Below the pieces are notes generated by a model. It ran no database searches, had not been told where the DNA came from, and was given only the letters and a program-made list of their open reading frames with translations. This document shows, piece after piece, positions 13,429 through 25,487 of a stretch of DNA of 64,000 nt. Source of the stretch: Octopus vulgaris (lineage: Eukaryota); NCBI GenBank assembly GCA_951406725.2, contig OX597816.1, positions 141,360,001 to 141,424,000 of the forward strand, written 5' to 3'. Each line of letters opens with the position of its first letter. Positions within the stretch are counted from its first letter, which is position 1. A program made the translations under genes and the position numbers.

Positions 13429-13939
13429 CTCAACATTTTTATGTGAATTTCTGCTGCACTCTCAGGTATACTGCTATGTTCCTGAGGTGGGTGTAGCATT
13501 GTCTTCTGGATATATAGAATAGTGTTTATATAATACATTAGGCTTTCTTCGTTGTGGGATTAATACAGTTGTTTCTGGTGTTGTCTTAGTGTTTTGTCTG
13601 TTGTGTAGAGTATGTACAATATGATTTGTATTATTTTGTTGGTATTATAGTGTTGACTCTTGATTATGTAAGAGTGTATTTTACATTATTCTATTGGGTG
13701 GTGATTGTGTAGATCTTGTGATGTGTGAGCCATATTGTTATATTCAGTAATGATTGCATAGAGTACATTTTGTGTCCTGCTTGAGTTGTGTTATTGAAAT
13801 GACAGTTTCTTGCATAATTTATGAGCTGTGTCCAGTAGGACTATCTTTAGACAGTGTGTAAAGCAATGAGTCCTGGTATCATTTGTATGTTTCTGTTCAC
13901 ATTTTTTGTTTATCATGTCTAGTCTCCAACTATTATTAT

Positions 13940-14990
13940 TGTTTTCACTTGTCCTACTTTCAAGCCCCTTGTATTGTGACATTTTCTCACCCTCCTTTCA
14001 GACAATGTTTTGGTCAGAAGGGACTAAAATGTCTATCAGAGTACAGGCATTTTTGCTCCAGTCCTAGATAATTGTGTTTGGACAGTTTTGTGATCAAATT
14101 GTTACGTAACATGTTTAATCCATTTTCATATCAAATTGTTTGCATATTACACAGTATACAAAGCTGCTGACTTGATTGTATCAATGAACATACTCTGATT
14201 TGGCAAGAACTGGTCACCACAGATGATGTGGTCAATTAGCTTGTACTGATTGCATAGTCTTGACTTGATGTTAACATCTTTCTTCATTATTATGTTAACT
14301 TAATTATTTGTGTGTAGGTAATTTCTGTTTTTATCTCAAAACTTTTGAGCTATTGTTGACTTCCACTCTGGCTTATTTCTCTTCTGTCAAGTGTTGTGAG
14401 GTGTTGACCATAAATTGTTTTTTGGCTATATTTTCTTCAGAATATTTTAAAATTCTGTTTGTCTTTTGCTCTTACAACCTTTTTTATTGTTTTGTCCTTA
14501 TCTAAATCTTTTTATTTAGTAATGGTTTGGTAATTAATACTTTATTGTTTCCTTATATATAAAAGTTTATATTTTCTTTGTTTCCTTATTACACAAATCA
14601 ATTTCTTTTTGGTAGCTTTGATAGCTTCTAAGTATTTTACTAGTCCCATCAGTTTTACTCTGAAGTAGATTTTTTCTATTTGTATTAGATCCATTTCCTT
14701 AACTACAGGGTAAGAATATGCTGTCTGTATCAGCTTTGGATGTGATGTTTCAGTTAGCATACTTGTTAATGAAAGCAGAACTAAGCAGAGTATTACAGGA
14801 GAAAAGGAATCTCTTGAAGATTTCATAAGAGGTTTTCTCTTCTTATAGGAATAGGGGTGGTTTCAATTATCTTCTCCTTGCCTTTAAGTGATATGGCTGT
14901 TTCTATTCATTTTGGCATTGCATGGTTGACATAGGTTCTTAGTATTGGAGTTGCTTTATTTATTTAGTGTCCTCAGCTTCGAAGAGTGCA
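13940..14990 (-). mobile_element. Degenerate non-LTR retrotransposon (R4/Dong-like, RLE endonuclease): RT, zinc-knuckle and RLE remnants
   Basis: Minus-strand fragments read RDSFSPVILCLVLLSLT (QGDSLSP motif), HPKADTDSIFLP (HPKAD..RLYLP), RLCNQYKLIDHII/PVLAKSEY (CCHC region) and TLIDILVPSDQNI..KEGEKMSQYKGLE (RLE). Many stops and frameshifts. Confidence 0.75.
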
Positions 14991-15039
14991 GTTACTGAGT
15001 TTTATTATTATTATTAAGAGGCAGTATAAACATATAGAA

Positions 15040-15385
15040 AGCTACCATACTCTGTGATATGCCAATCCTTCCACATAGGGAGATTAAGGTTCATCAGTCC
15101 AATATTGTTTTGTTAAGGACTACCAGGAAAAGAAGTGCCTCCTATTCAAAACTTCAGTCCCAGCAGACAAAAAATACCACTAAATGAAGTGGAGAAAATA
15201 TCCAAATACAAAATATCTAGAAACAAAGGTAACCAGAATGTAGGAACTGAAAATAGGACAACTTGTACAATAATAGGTGCCCTGGGAAGGGTTAAAAAGG
15301 CTTACAGATAAATACCAAAACTTACGTACACAATATACAGAAAATAACACCACCAGGTAGAACGCACATCTTATAAAGAGTAATT
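15040..15385 (+). mobile_element. R4/Dong-like LINE 3' remnant (RLE domain)
   Basis: Frameshifted TILCDMPI..REIK, KDYQEKKCLL, EVEKISKYK and IIGALG motifs. Confidence 0.7.
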
Positions 15386-15484
15386 AACACAACAGAAAAC
15401 AGAAAACCATAACACTGCAAATACTCAAGCTGTACAGAGAAAGTAAATGTAAAAATAGAACTACTGAGTAGCAGTAGTAATAAA

Positions 15485-15700
15485 AATAATAATCTTTTCA
15501 ATTTTTGGCACAAGGCCAGCAATTGAGGGGGTGGGGAAAGTTGATTACATCAACTCCAGTACTTGACTAGTATTTATTTTATTGACACTGAAAGGCAAAA
15601 ATCAATCTTGGGAGAATTTGAACTCAGAATGTTGAGAACTCAGAATTACTGCTAAGTATTTTATCTGACATGCTAACAGTTCTGCCAGCTCAATACCTTA
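15485..15700 (-). mobile_element. SINE family B
   Basis: Reverse complement of the family B core (GAATTTGAACTCAGAA, TTCTGCCAGCTC). Confidence 0.75.
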
Positions 15701-17122
15701 ATAATAGCAATAACAACAACAACAACAACAATGATAATGATAAGAATAAAAACAACTTAATGCAGTTTAAAAAAGTACTAGCTCCCTCAGAGGTTTATCA
15801 ATTTCAGATCTGCAGGGAGTCTTTTAATTGGAAGAAACATAAAATTTCTTTTTATTAAGCAGACAATAACAATAAATTTACACTCTATGTTTATTCATTC
15901 TCACTATGTGTGTGTGTCTGTGTACATGTGTGTTTGCGTGTGAATGAATATGTGTGTACGTGTGTGTGTCTGTGTACATTGGTGCATAGGTTTATGTGTG
16001 TGTGTGTGTGTCTTTATACACATATACATATATATATTTGTGTGTATTTGTATATGTGTGAGATGTGTAAGTATGTGTGCATGTATGAAAGAGGGAGGTT
16101 GGTGTCTTTGGTAATGCACTTAACTAATACTAGAATATGAAAAAAAAAAAAAAAAACTGAGATCAATGGTGAGGTAGTAGAAAATGGCAGGGATTATGAT
16201 TTAATTGTTTGCTGTTTCTTATAACAGACGTAAGAGAGAAACATACACCTGTTTGGACACAAATAGCCAACAGCTAAAATGAAAGACAGATGGAATAATA
16301 TAGGAAAGAATTTCAATTATATATGCTGCCATGCAGAAGGAAGTGTGTGTGGGGGGAAGAACAAAACAGAACTGAGGCTAGATACATTTTAGCTATCCTA
16401 AAGTTATTTTTAATGAGATGCTAGCTTAATGATTATGTATGTTTTCAGATATTTGGTAAGTAATTTTAGTCTTAACTGTATATGAAAAAAAAGAAATAAT
16501 TTCTCAAGGAAACATCTTGGTATTGATTATATTCTGAAAAAAAATTGTCATTCTACAAATATCTGAAATAGTCAAGATAGGTTCCAGCAGGAAGCAGGAA
16601 CAAATCTAAAACGGTATATTACAGCTTAATGATGTAATTTCAAAAGATGATGTAATCTGGAATTTTTCAGAAAGTTCTAAAAGGAAATAAGAAAATGGCT
16701 ACAATAGCAGAATTGGAGTTTTATTAAACTGAGCTGTTTGATGACATTACAATTTAAGCTTGTTTATTGAACAGGTAGAAGATCAAAGATTAAATTAGAT
16801 TACCTTTAATAATAAATTAATGGCAGATTAGATCGAAATAACATTAAAGGAGTTCTGATAAATATATTAATGAAGGAAAACAGGAAAGCATTTTACTAAT
16901 ATATTTTTTGTTATTTCCCTCTCTCTTCTTTAAGTAAAGCTAATTGCAGAGCTAAATTATTTTTCAAAGCAAATGTATTTTACTTTGGCATTTAGAATGA
17001 ATACATAATAAACAAAAATTCAGAAAGAAATTGACTAGTTTTTCATCTTCAGTATATATATTATCAATTATTTAAAAACATAATATTGGAATATTTTAAA
17101 AATGGAAAGAACCCATTATTTA

Positions 17123-17172
<50 letters not shown>

Positions 17173-19948
17173 GTAATAGTGGTAGTAGTAGTAGTTAGTA
17201 TTAGTACAATATAAATAGTATAAAAAAACGTTTTGCAACACAACAGAAAAAATTTGATAAATAATTTTGATAGCAGAAAAATTACTGAAAAGTTAGTTAA
17301 AAAAAACAAACAAAATACCTCAATTTCTATTGAAGAAAATCAATAAAAATCTGAGGATAATAAAATACCAATAATAAAATAATTAATTTAGTGAAACTTA
17401 TTTAAAACAAAGTTATCTAATCATGTTTATTTTCGTGATCAAAAACGTATGTTTATATCAGTTTTGGTTATTCCTCCAGTTCATGGTTATCTTAGTAATT
17501 AAGGATCAATTGAGGTAGATTTAATTTCTATGATAACCATCTAGCTGAACTGGTACCAGATGTTCTGGTTTATCTTTCTATCTGGTACCAGCAAAGGAGG
17601 TCTGAGATAGGGACACAGATGACTGATAGTTCTATGTCCCCATCTCATGGTACAGGTGAGTTGAAAGGATTATGCTTGAAAGAACAATTTCACATTTATA
17701 ATGGGTTTAGTTGATACTATAATATTTTTATTTCACCTTGGATTAAACTCACAAGATGCTTCTAGTAGTTTTGCAACCTGATGGTCCAAAATTCTCATCA
17801 GGCCACTGATTATGAGATCTGGTTTGTACTCAGCTGGGTATTTCAAAGTGATCCTCACCCAAGTACCTACTAGATATTCATTGGTGATATGGCAAAAACT
17901 GTTGCTTCCAGCATTACCAGGCTCTACTCACATAATAAATACATATAGAAAAATGATTATGTATAACATTATTGTACATACTCATTAGTGAGTGTGTGTC
18001 TGTACATACACACACACACATATATGTAAATATCATACATGGATGCTTGCATATGCTGTTTTTTAACAAGTGAAGGATGTTGTAGATTTAATTATTATTG
18101 TTATTGACATACATTGATACACAGAATAAACTTTTATGAATAAAAATATATGAAAATGAAGTTTATTAAAAAAATAATAGAGTATTAAATGTCAGAATTT
18201 TGAATTTAAGGTCAATCAAAGCATTATTCTAAAACTAATTTTAATAAAATCCAGTAATAAAAAAAATAATCAAGATAGAGTTCTTATTACTAGAGCTGTG
18301 ATTCTAAGAAGAAAGTAACCTAACTAGAAACATGGTCACCATTAGGAGTAGCTAAGTTTCACTATACTTCTGCTATATCTATGGGAGTGAGTCAGAAAGC
18401 AATGCAATTTTTATTTCCATTACTTTCTGACACATCCTCTTAGATTTAATAATACAACTTAATTTGGTTACTCTGAACTTCTGTAATAAACCTTGTATGA
18501 TTGACCTTATTTGGTTTTAACTTTTATATTTAGCAAATGATAGTACATCTAGGATTAGTTTTGGATAACAGAACAAACAATGTTCTCAGCTAAGTTTTGA
18601 TAAAATTGTTCCCTGCTCAGAAGAAAATGTTAGTAGTGAGCTATCTTTGTTTTCTGCATAGTTTAAATTGTCTTGAGATTCCACAAGAAATATTTTGAAA
18701 GAATATTTAAAAAACAGATAATACATTAAATGTTTGTGAAATGATACTGGGTGGGGGTGCATTATGTCATCAAAATAGATGTATGGATCATATTAAATTT
18801 CAGTTAATTTTTTCAAACTTAAAAAATAATCTAATGATTTAGCTGTGTGTGTCTGAGTGGACATGAGTGTATTTGTAACAGACAGATAGGCAGATAGATG
18901 AGAAAGAGAGAGAGAGAGAGAGAAAAGAGAATAATCACAGAAATTTTAAAATTTATTAAAAATAAACTTAAATCATTCAGGTATCAATTTTCTTGTGAGA
19001 AATGTTTCAAATAAGCAGCAAGCAGATTTGACAAGCCTTTTAATCAAAATTTAGAAATAAATATATGAATTAACCAATTTTGACAGAATAACGAAATTTT
19101 ACCTGCCAAAAATTCTCTTGGCAACTTTTCTAGGTACTTGGCTTGCCATTATAATATATTTCCTTTTTTTTCTTAAATTTTCATACTTACTGTATTTTGT
19201 TGTTTGTTGTGTGTCTGAAACCAACAAAATATTGATTCTCTGTTTCTTTACCAAACATTTTTAAGTGTATTTGTGTGTGTGTTTACATATAGGGAGGAAG
19301 AGAAAGTGATAAAGAGAGAGAGAGAGAGAGAGAAGGAGAGAGAGAGATTTGTAGGTATGTGTGCACAAGTAATGGAAAATTTTGTAAAACAGCAAAATAT
19401 TCATAAATAAAGCAAGAAAGAAATTTCATTGAAGAAACGTTAAGCTTTGATATCGTATTCTTTTGGTCAGACAAATACAATTGTTTTCTTTGCTTTACCT
19501 AACTGTAATGTGAATAGAAGACTTCCAGCTAAGGAGAAACTTATTTTTTCCTTCTTCAGTACATAGGTAAAGAAGATCAAGAAAAATATTTTGATGTTCT
19601 CCTGTTTTCGTATCTGCTTCAAAATTGATCAAACAATGGCATTTTAAAAAACCTTATTACTTCAGTTCACAAGCAAGCAAAACATGTAGGTAGAAAAAAA
19701 GAGTAAGCAAAGAAGATATGTCTATTGTTTCTAACAAGCTTCAGTTAGAAAGAGATAAAGCAGCAGTGTAGGAATTCAGTTAGATTTGTAGGCCATCACT
19801 GGGTCTGTACTGAAAGATCTGAAATGGAAAAAATAAAGGGAGAGTTAGACATAACAGATTTCAGACCATAATTTTACATTAGACAGTAAGTATACATATT
19901 TATTAATATTTTGATATATTAGACCATAATTTTATCTATTGGCCGATT

Positions 19949-20338
19949 ATCTTTTATTGTTTACCTTTTACTTGTTTCCGTTACTGTACTGCAGCCATGC
20001 TGGGGCCTTGAAGAGTTTAACTGAACAAATTGACCCTAGTACTTATCTTTGAAAGTGTAAGTATTTATTCTTTCAACCTCATTGCTGGAACTGTTATTTT
20101 ATTGGGATGCAAACAAACCAACACTGGTTGTTAAGTCATGGTGGAGGATAAACATACATATATACACACATAAATGACAATCTTCCACATAGTTTCCATC
20201 TATCAAATTCACTCATGAGGCTTTGGTTGGCTTGGGGTTATAGGAGGAGATACTTGCCCAGTATGCCATTTGGTGGGATAACCCCAAACCACATGGTTGT
20301 AAAGCAAGCCTCTTAACCACACAGCCATGCCTGCATCT
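19949..20338 (-). mobile_element. SINE family A, near full length, diverged
   Basis: Colinear with 45278-45689, from the tail (CTTTTACTTGTTTC) to the head (ACCACACAGCCATGCCTGCA). Confidence 0.8.
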
Positions 20339-20349
20339 GTAGCTAACCA

Positions 20350-20430
20350 CACGTCGGCAAACTATGGCCCACAAGCCAAATTAGCCAATGGCCTCATTTT
20401 TATCTAGCCTGTCAACTTTATTGAATATAT
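20350..20430 (+). mobile_element. hAT/Charlie-like MITE end fragment
   Basis: GTCGGCAAACTATGGCCCACAAGCCAAA...ACTTTATTGAATA is homologous to 55453-55532 (CAGGGGTCAGCAAACTAC...). Confidence 0.5.
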
Positions 20431-20484
20431 GATGTTGCATACAAAAATTCTTCTTGCAGAACATGTACTATGTGAGTTATGTTA

Positions 20485-20735
20485 TTAAAATAAGAATGTC
20501 TTGTATAAGATATGAACTGTATAGTGGCACTGTATTTTTGAACTGTATATAAAGTTGTGAGCCCTGCTATGGTTTACATATTTTTGTATCATACCCAGTG
20601 TTCCAATTATTATTGGAACTGTTTTTACCTTCATCCTGCTCATTTCAGTTTCAAGATCCTTGTACTTTATTAGTTTTACAACTTTTTCCATGTGTATCCT
20701 GGTTTTAGAATAGGCCTGTTGCATCCTTATGTGTT
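20485..20735 (-). mobile_element. R4/Dong-like LINE C-terminal remnant
   Basis: The ORF reads KYKDLETEMSRMKVKTVPIIIGTLG, typical of the RLE C-terminus. Confidence 0.7.
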
Positions 20736-20741
20736 GTAAGA

Positions 20742-20969
20742 TTAATCCCTTAGCATTTAAACCAGCTATATAGGGCTCAAATAGTTCACCTGTTTTATGT
20801 TAAAACTGGCCAGATCTGACCTCTCCCACTTAACCTGCAATGTCATTCTAAAAATAAACAATCATATCATTGAAATCTTGAAGCTTTGAGATAATGCATG
20901 ATTAATTTAAAACAATGCAAATAAATAAGCATTATATTTAACAGAGAAATCTGAAAGCTAAAGAGTTAA
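20742..20969. mobile_element. piggyBac-like MITE with TTAA TSD
   Basis: TTAA-TCCCTTAGCATTTA ... TGAAAGCTAAAGAG-TTAA. A partial inverted copy lies at about 45192-45277. Confidence 0.65.
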
Positions 20970-21562
20970 AAGTGTTCTCAAACTGAAAGGTATATTGTAG
21001 TAAAATACTGTCTGAAAAAGAAAAGGTCTAACACATGTCAGCATGGAAAAGAAGCTGTAAAAAACTATTGCTACTGATTTCCAGGTGATATATACTTTAG
21101 ATCGGATGAAGATTTCTATCAGAGAACAAAAGTTCTTCATTTCTGTGATCTGGACAGTTCATCTCAATCTCCTTCACTGCCTGGACAGTCATGTCCCATA
21201 TTATCATTGCCAGATTATTGACATACGTTGGGTTTGGTATATGCTAAGCTAATGATGGGTCTCTATGTAGTTGCTCAACAGTAAATTTCTTTCAAATCTC
21301 AACCTACTATCTTAAAAATATAAGAAGGGATGCATTAAATAATGATGTCCTAGATGAAAAGTAAAAAAAAGATGAGATGGTTATGGCAGGAATTACTTTA
21401 ATTACAGTTCTGCGTGATCATGGCTGACCTGTATATGTATGTGTGCACAAGTAACACTAACAACAATTTCTCAGTTTTTTGATGATGATGATATAATTAT
21501 TATTACTCCCCTTTTTTCAGGTTCTAATGCTAGGGATGTATTGTTGTTGTTATTATTATTAT

Positions 21563-21764
21563 TAGAGCTGTGGGCTGGCATGCTAGACAAATTGCTTCAC
21601 AGCATTTTATTTGGAGTTCAAATTCCGCCAAGGTTGACTTTGCTTTTCATCCTTTCAGGGTTGATAAAATAAGACCAGTGAAATACTGGAGTCAATGTAA
21701 TTGACTAGTCCCCACCTGCAAAATTTCAGGTCTTGTGTTTTTAGTAGAAAGGATTATTATTATT
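21563..21764 (+). mobile_element. SINE family B
   Basis: AGTTCAAATTCCGCCAAGGTTGACTTTGCTTTTCATCCTTTCAGGGTTGATAAAATAAG and an (ATT)n tail. Further copies at about 21963-22155 (+) and 23160-23308 (-). Confidence 0.8.
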
Positions 21765-21933
21765 ATTGAGTGAGAGAGCAATGCATGCCATGAAAGTGAC
21801 ACTGGGGTACAAATATATGAAGCCCAATATTACCCATCATAACTACCCATCTGATAAGGGTATACCAGGCACATGCATCACAACCATATGTGTGAGACAT
21901 GGTGATCTCATATCTAGATAAAAAGCACATGAC
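21765..21933 (-). mobile_element. Dispersed repeat family D, terminal fragment
   Basis: Reverse complement of 48735-48900 (for example CACATGCATCACAACCATATGTG). Confidence 0.75.
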
Positions 21934-22219
21934 ATTATTATTATCATTATTATTTGCTGTTATTAAGGGTGGTGCATTAGCAGAATCATTTGAGCATTGA
22001 ACAAAATATCTGATGCATATCTTCTGGTTATTACAATCTGATTTCAAATGCCATTGAAATCAACTTCTCCTTTCATCCCTCTGGGGTTGATTAAATATGG
22101 TATCAGTCTAGTTCAATGTAATGGCCTTATGCCTAAATAAGAAACAATTATATTATAATATTCACATCAGGTCACTAATGAGTGTTACTGGTAATACATA
22201 ATCCAACACAATCTGTTCA

Positions 22220-22428
22220 TGGTCTGGTCATCAGTGTCTAATCCAATCCCTCCATCATGTTTACTTGGTGAAAAGGGTTGCTTAGAAACCCAGCAGCACA
22301 AAAACAATATCACTTAACAGGATGGATGAACCCTATATTGGGTTCATCCATCAATAGTCCTCACACTATTTAGCTACAGTGTGAGGACTTAGAAATTCTG
22401 GGTTAGTGTTTGGCATGCTGACAGACCA
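22220..22428. other. Multi-hairpin structured segment
   Basis: A perfect 13-bp stem (22321-22352) and a perfect 12-bp stem (22356-22389) lie 3 nt apart. There is also an imperfect stem at about 22237-22286 and a closing TGGTCTG/CAGACCA pair. Confidence 0.6.
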
Positions 22429-22442
22429 AGGGGAATGGAACA

Positions 22443-22837
22443 TTTTACTTTTTATCTTTTCCTTGTTCCAGTCATTTGTCTGTGGCCATGCTGGGGCACT
22501 GCCTTGAAGAATCTTTTAGTCAAACAACTTGACTCCAGTACTTATTTTTTAAAGCCTGGTACTTATTCTATCAGTCTCTTTTGCCAAACCACTAAGTTAC
22601 AGTGATGTAAACACACTAACACTGGTTGTCAAGCAGTAGTGGTGGGGGACAAACACACATACACACACAGGTATATGGTGGGCTTCTTCTAGTTTCTGTC
22701 TACCAAATCCACTTGTAAGGCTTTTGTTGGCTTAAAGGCTATAGTAGAAGGCACTTGCCCAAGGTGCCATGCAGTGGGACTGAACCTGGAACCATGTGGT
22801 TGGGAAGCAATCTTACCACACAGCCATGCCTGTGTCT
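22443..22837 (-). mobile_element. SINE family A, full length
   Basis: Colinear with the other family A copies. Confidence 0.88.
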
Positions 22838-22899
22838 TAACTTTTATTAAAGTGTGTCTTAGGAGAAGGCTGTACTGTGTCCACAGTTACACAAGTGGT

Positions 22900-23150
22900 A
22901 TAACTGTGCAAGCAGTCAGGGCTTGGTAGCCTTGGAAGAGAGCCACATTTGAGGAAGGACAACTTCAAGCTTAAATCCTTACTGGCTGTGAGTGCCTGGG
23001 AAGAGACAAAGGCTGTGTGAGTCAACCTCAACAGTAAATTGGGTTAGAATAGAACTCAGGTTCTCTGACCTTATTCACCACAAAGAGAGCATGATGAGGC
23101 AATGAATGGGTCAAGTCTGCCTCCCACCTGATTCTTAGCCATTAGCATAG
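22900..23150 (+). mobile_element. RTE-like 5'UTR remnant
   Basis: TAGCCTTGGAAGAGAGCCACATTTGAGGAAGGACAACTTC resembles the conserved RTE 5'UTR block. From recall only. Confidence 0.4.
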
Positions 23151-23320
23151 GAATATTCATTAATAATAATAATAATCCTTTCTATTAAATGCACAAGGCC
23201 TGAAATTTGTGGGGAGGGGACTTGTCAATTACATCAATCCCAGTGTTTCACTAGTACTTAATTTATTGACTCCAAAAGGGTGAAAGGCAAAGTTGATCTC
23301 AGCAGAATATTATTATTATT

Positions 23321-23351
<31 letters not shown>

Positions 23352-23578
23352 GTAACAACAACAACAATAATAATAATAATAACAACAATAATCATCATAA
23401 TAATAATCGTAATAATAATAATTATTATTTTGTTGTTAATGCTATTACCATTGTTATTGCTATTGGTGATATTGTTTTTCTTCTTCCTATAACATCTGTT
23501 CAGTTTTCTCAGAAGAAATCTATGCAATGTTTGAGTCAAATAAATGTTGAATACAAACTATAAGAAAAAATATGCAGC

Positions 23579-23638
<60 letters not shown>

Positions 23639-24621
23639 AGATGGTATTAAATTACAGCAGCTGATATCAGAAAGAATCCTTAATAAAATAATGGTAGAAA
23701 GATTCTATACAAAAATACAAATGGAAAAAAAAATAAATCGCCATTGTTATTGGAAATAAACAGAATTTGTATTATTCCAAATATACATGATGATATTCTT
23801 CAGTTAATAGAATTTCACTGTTCTAGAACTGACTTCATTTAGAATCTTGCTGTTAAAATAGCTGCCTCAATAACCAATATTTGTGTGATGGAAGTTTTTC
23901 AGAGTAAGGAGTAGAATAGTATTTATAAATTTTAAGTGAAGTTAGACAGTCCAACCACATATGTGATACTCCTCATGATATTGATGTTGGTGGTACTACT
24001 TGCTGTTTTGGTGCTGCTACTATTGTTAGTAATAATGCTGGAGTTGGCAGTGATGGTGGAGTGAGGGTGGGTGTTGTGTATTTTCAGGGTTAGACATGGT
24101 ATTTGTATTTTTATTTCAAAGGAAATATTGAATGCAGTAAAATTGAATTATATTTGGATAATTTTTCTTAGAGAAATAAAGTTTTGTAAATATATTTAGG
24201 TATTTCTTCAAATTATTTTCGTATACGAAATATTATTATTCTTCTGAATTGTGAAAGCAAAAAGAAAGCAAAAACATTACAGCTCTTTTTAGGATTTTTG
24301 CTGCAAAGTCATGACGTCTCTGATAAAATACACTGGAATGGCTTCTTGGTGCTCTCTCCAGACAGATGAGAAGCCTAAATATTTTGTAGGTAAAGGAAAA
24401 TGAGTGTTGTGATGTTCATGCCATTTTTTAAAAGATGCTACTGATGTAAATGTAGTGAAATTACAACAAAGAAATTCAAACCTGGAACATGAAGCCAACA
24501 TGTCCTTCTATAGCATTTTCTACCATCTATATACACACTTTATTTTATTATGAGTTTATGTATGTGCCAGTTGTATCTATCTCATCTTTCAAATAAACAA
24601 TATGTCTCTCTTTCTCTCTCT

Positions 24622-24657
<36 letters not shown>

Positions 24658-25228
24658 TTTAAGGATCATTTCTTAAGTATTTATCTTGGCTTACCTACCT
24701 ACCTCTCTTGCCTGTCTGCCTGCCTGTCTATCTTTGCAATCCAAGAACTGGAGATTGCTATGAAATACCTAATAAACAAAAGAAATAGCGAATCCTTTGG
24801 AACAGCAAGATGTAACTGAAAATGTAGATTATATCATGTTACTGTGGAAGACATCACACAGGTGATTAGCAGCTGCCCAATGATGTCATCAAGGTACTAC
24901 CTTTCTATGTGACATGATGTTGTTCCAAAAACAATTTACAATACCAGTTGTTAAAAAGACTGTCCTGAAATAAATATAAGGAATCCATCCCTTTGTTATT
25001 GAATATATACACAAACATCACAGGCTGGATATTGTTGTTTGGAGTAGACAAGAAAAAGTATGTACTGTCATAGCAGTTGGCTGTCCTTTCTCAATGAGAA
25101 AGAAGCTAATTATGGACAACTGCTTTGAAACCTTCAGCTTCTATATACAGATTATAAATTTACATTTATACCAATAATAATTAGTGCACTTGGTTTTGTG
25201 AGTAAATACCCAAGTGACAATCTGGATA

Positions 25229-25309
25229 CTCTTTTTTTTTAGGCGTAGGAGTGGCTGTGTGGTAAGTAGCTTGCTTACGAACCACATGGTTCTGGGTTCA
25301 GTCCCACTG
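25229..25309 (+). mobile_element. SINE family A head fragment flanked by 56-bp direct repeats
   Basis: GGCGTAGGAGTGGCTGTGTGGTAAG...GGTTCAGTCCCACTG. The flanks 25173-25228 and 25310-25365 match at 54/56. Confidence 0.88.
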
Positions 25310-25487
25310 AATAATAATTAGTGCACTTGGTTTTGTGAGTAAATGCCCAAGTAACAATCTGGATAAGCTAAGGTTTTCAAAAAATGAAATGAACCAACTC
25401 ATATATTACAAATACAATCTGTAAGTGGAACAGTAAAAATATGCAAGACTTTTTTCAACTTTAAAATGTGACACTGTTTTTGTTATC

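Noticed and set aside
23300-23470. Hydrophobic membrane-protein-like ORFs and an (ATT)n/(AAT)n palindrome
   Set aside because: Abutting simple-repeat tails explain both.
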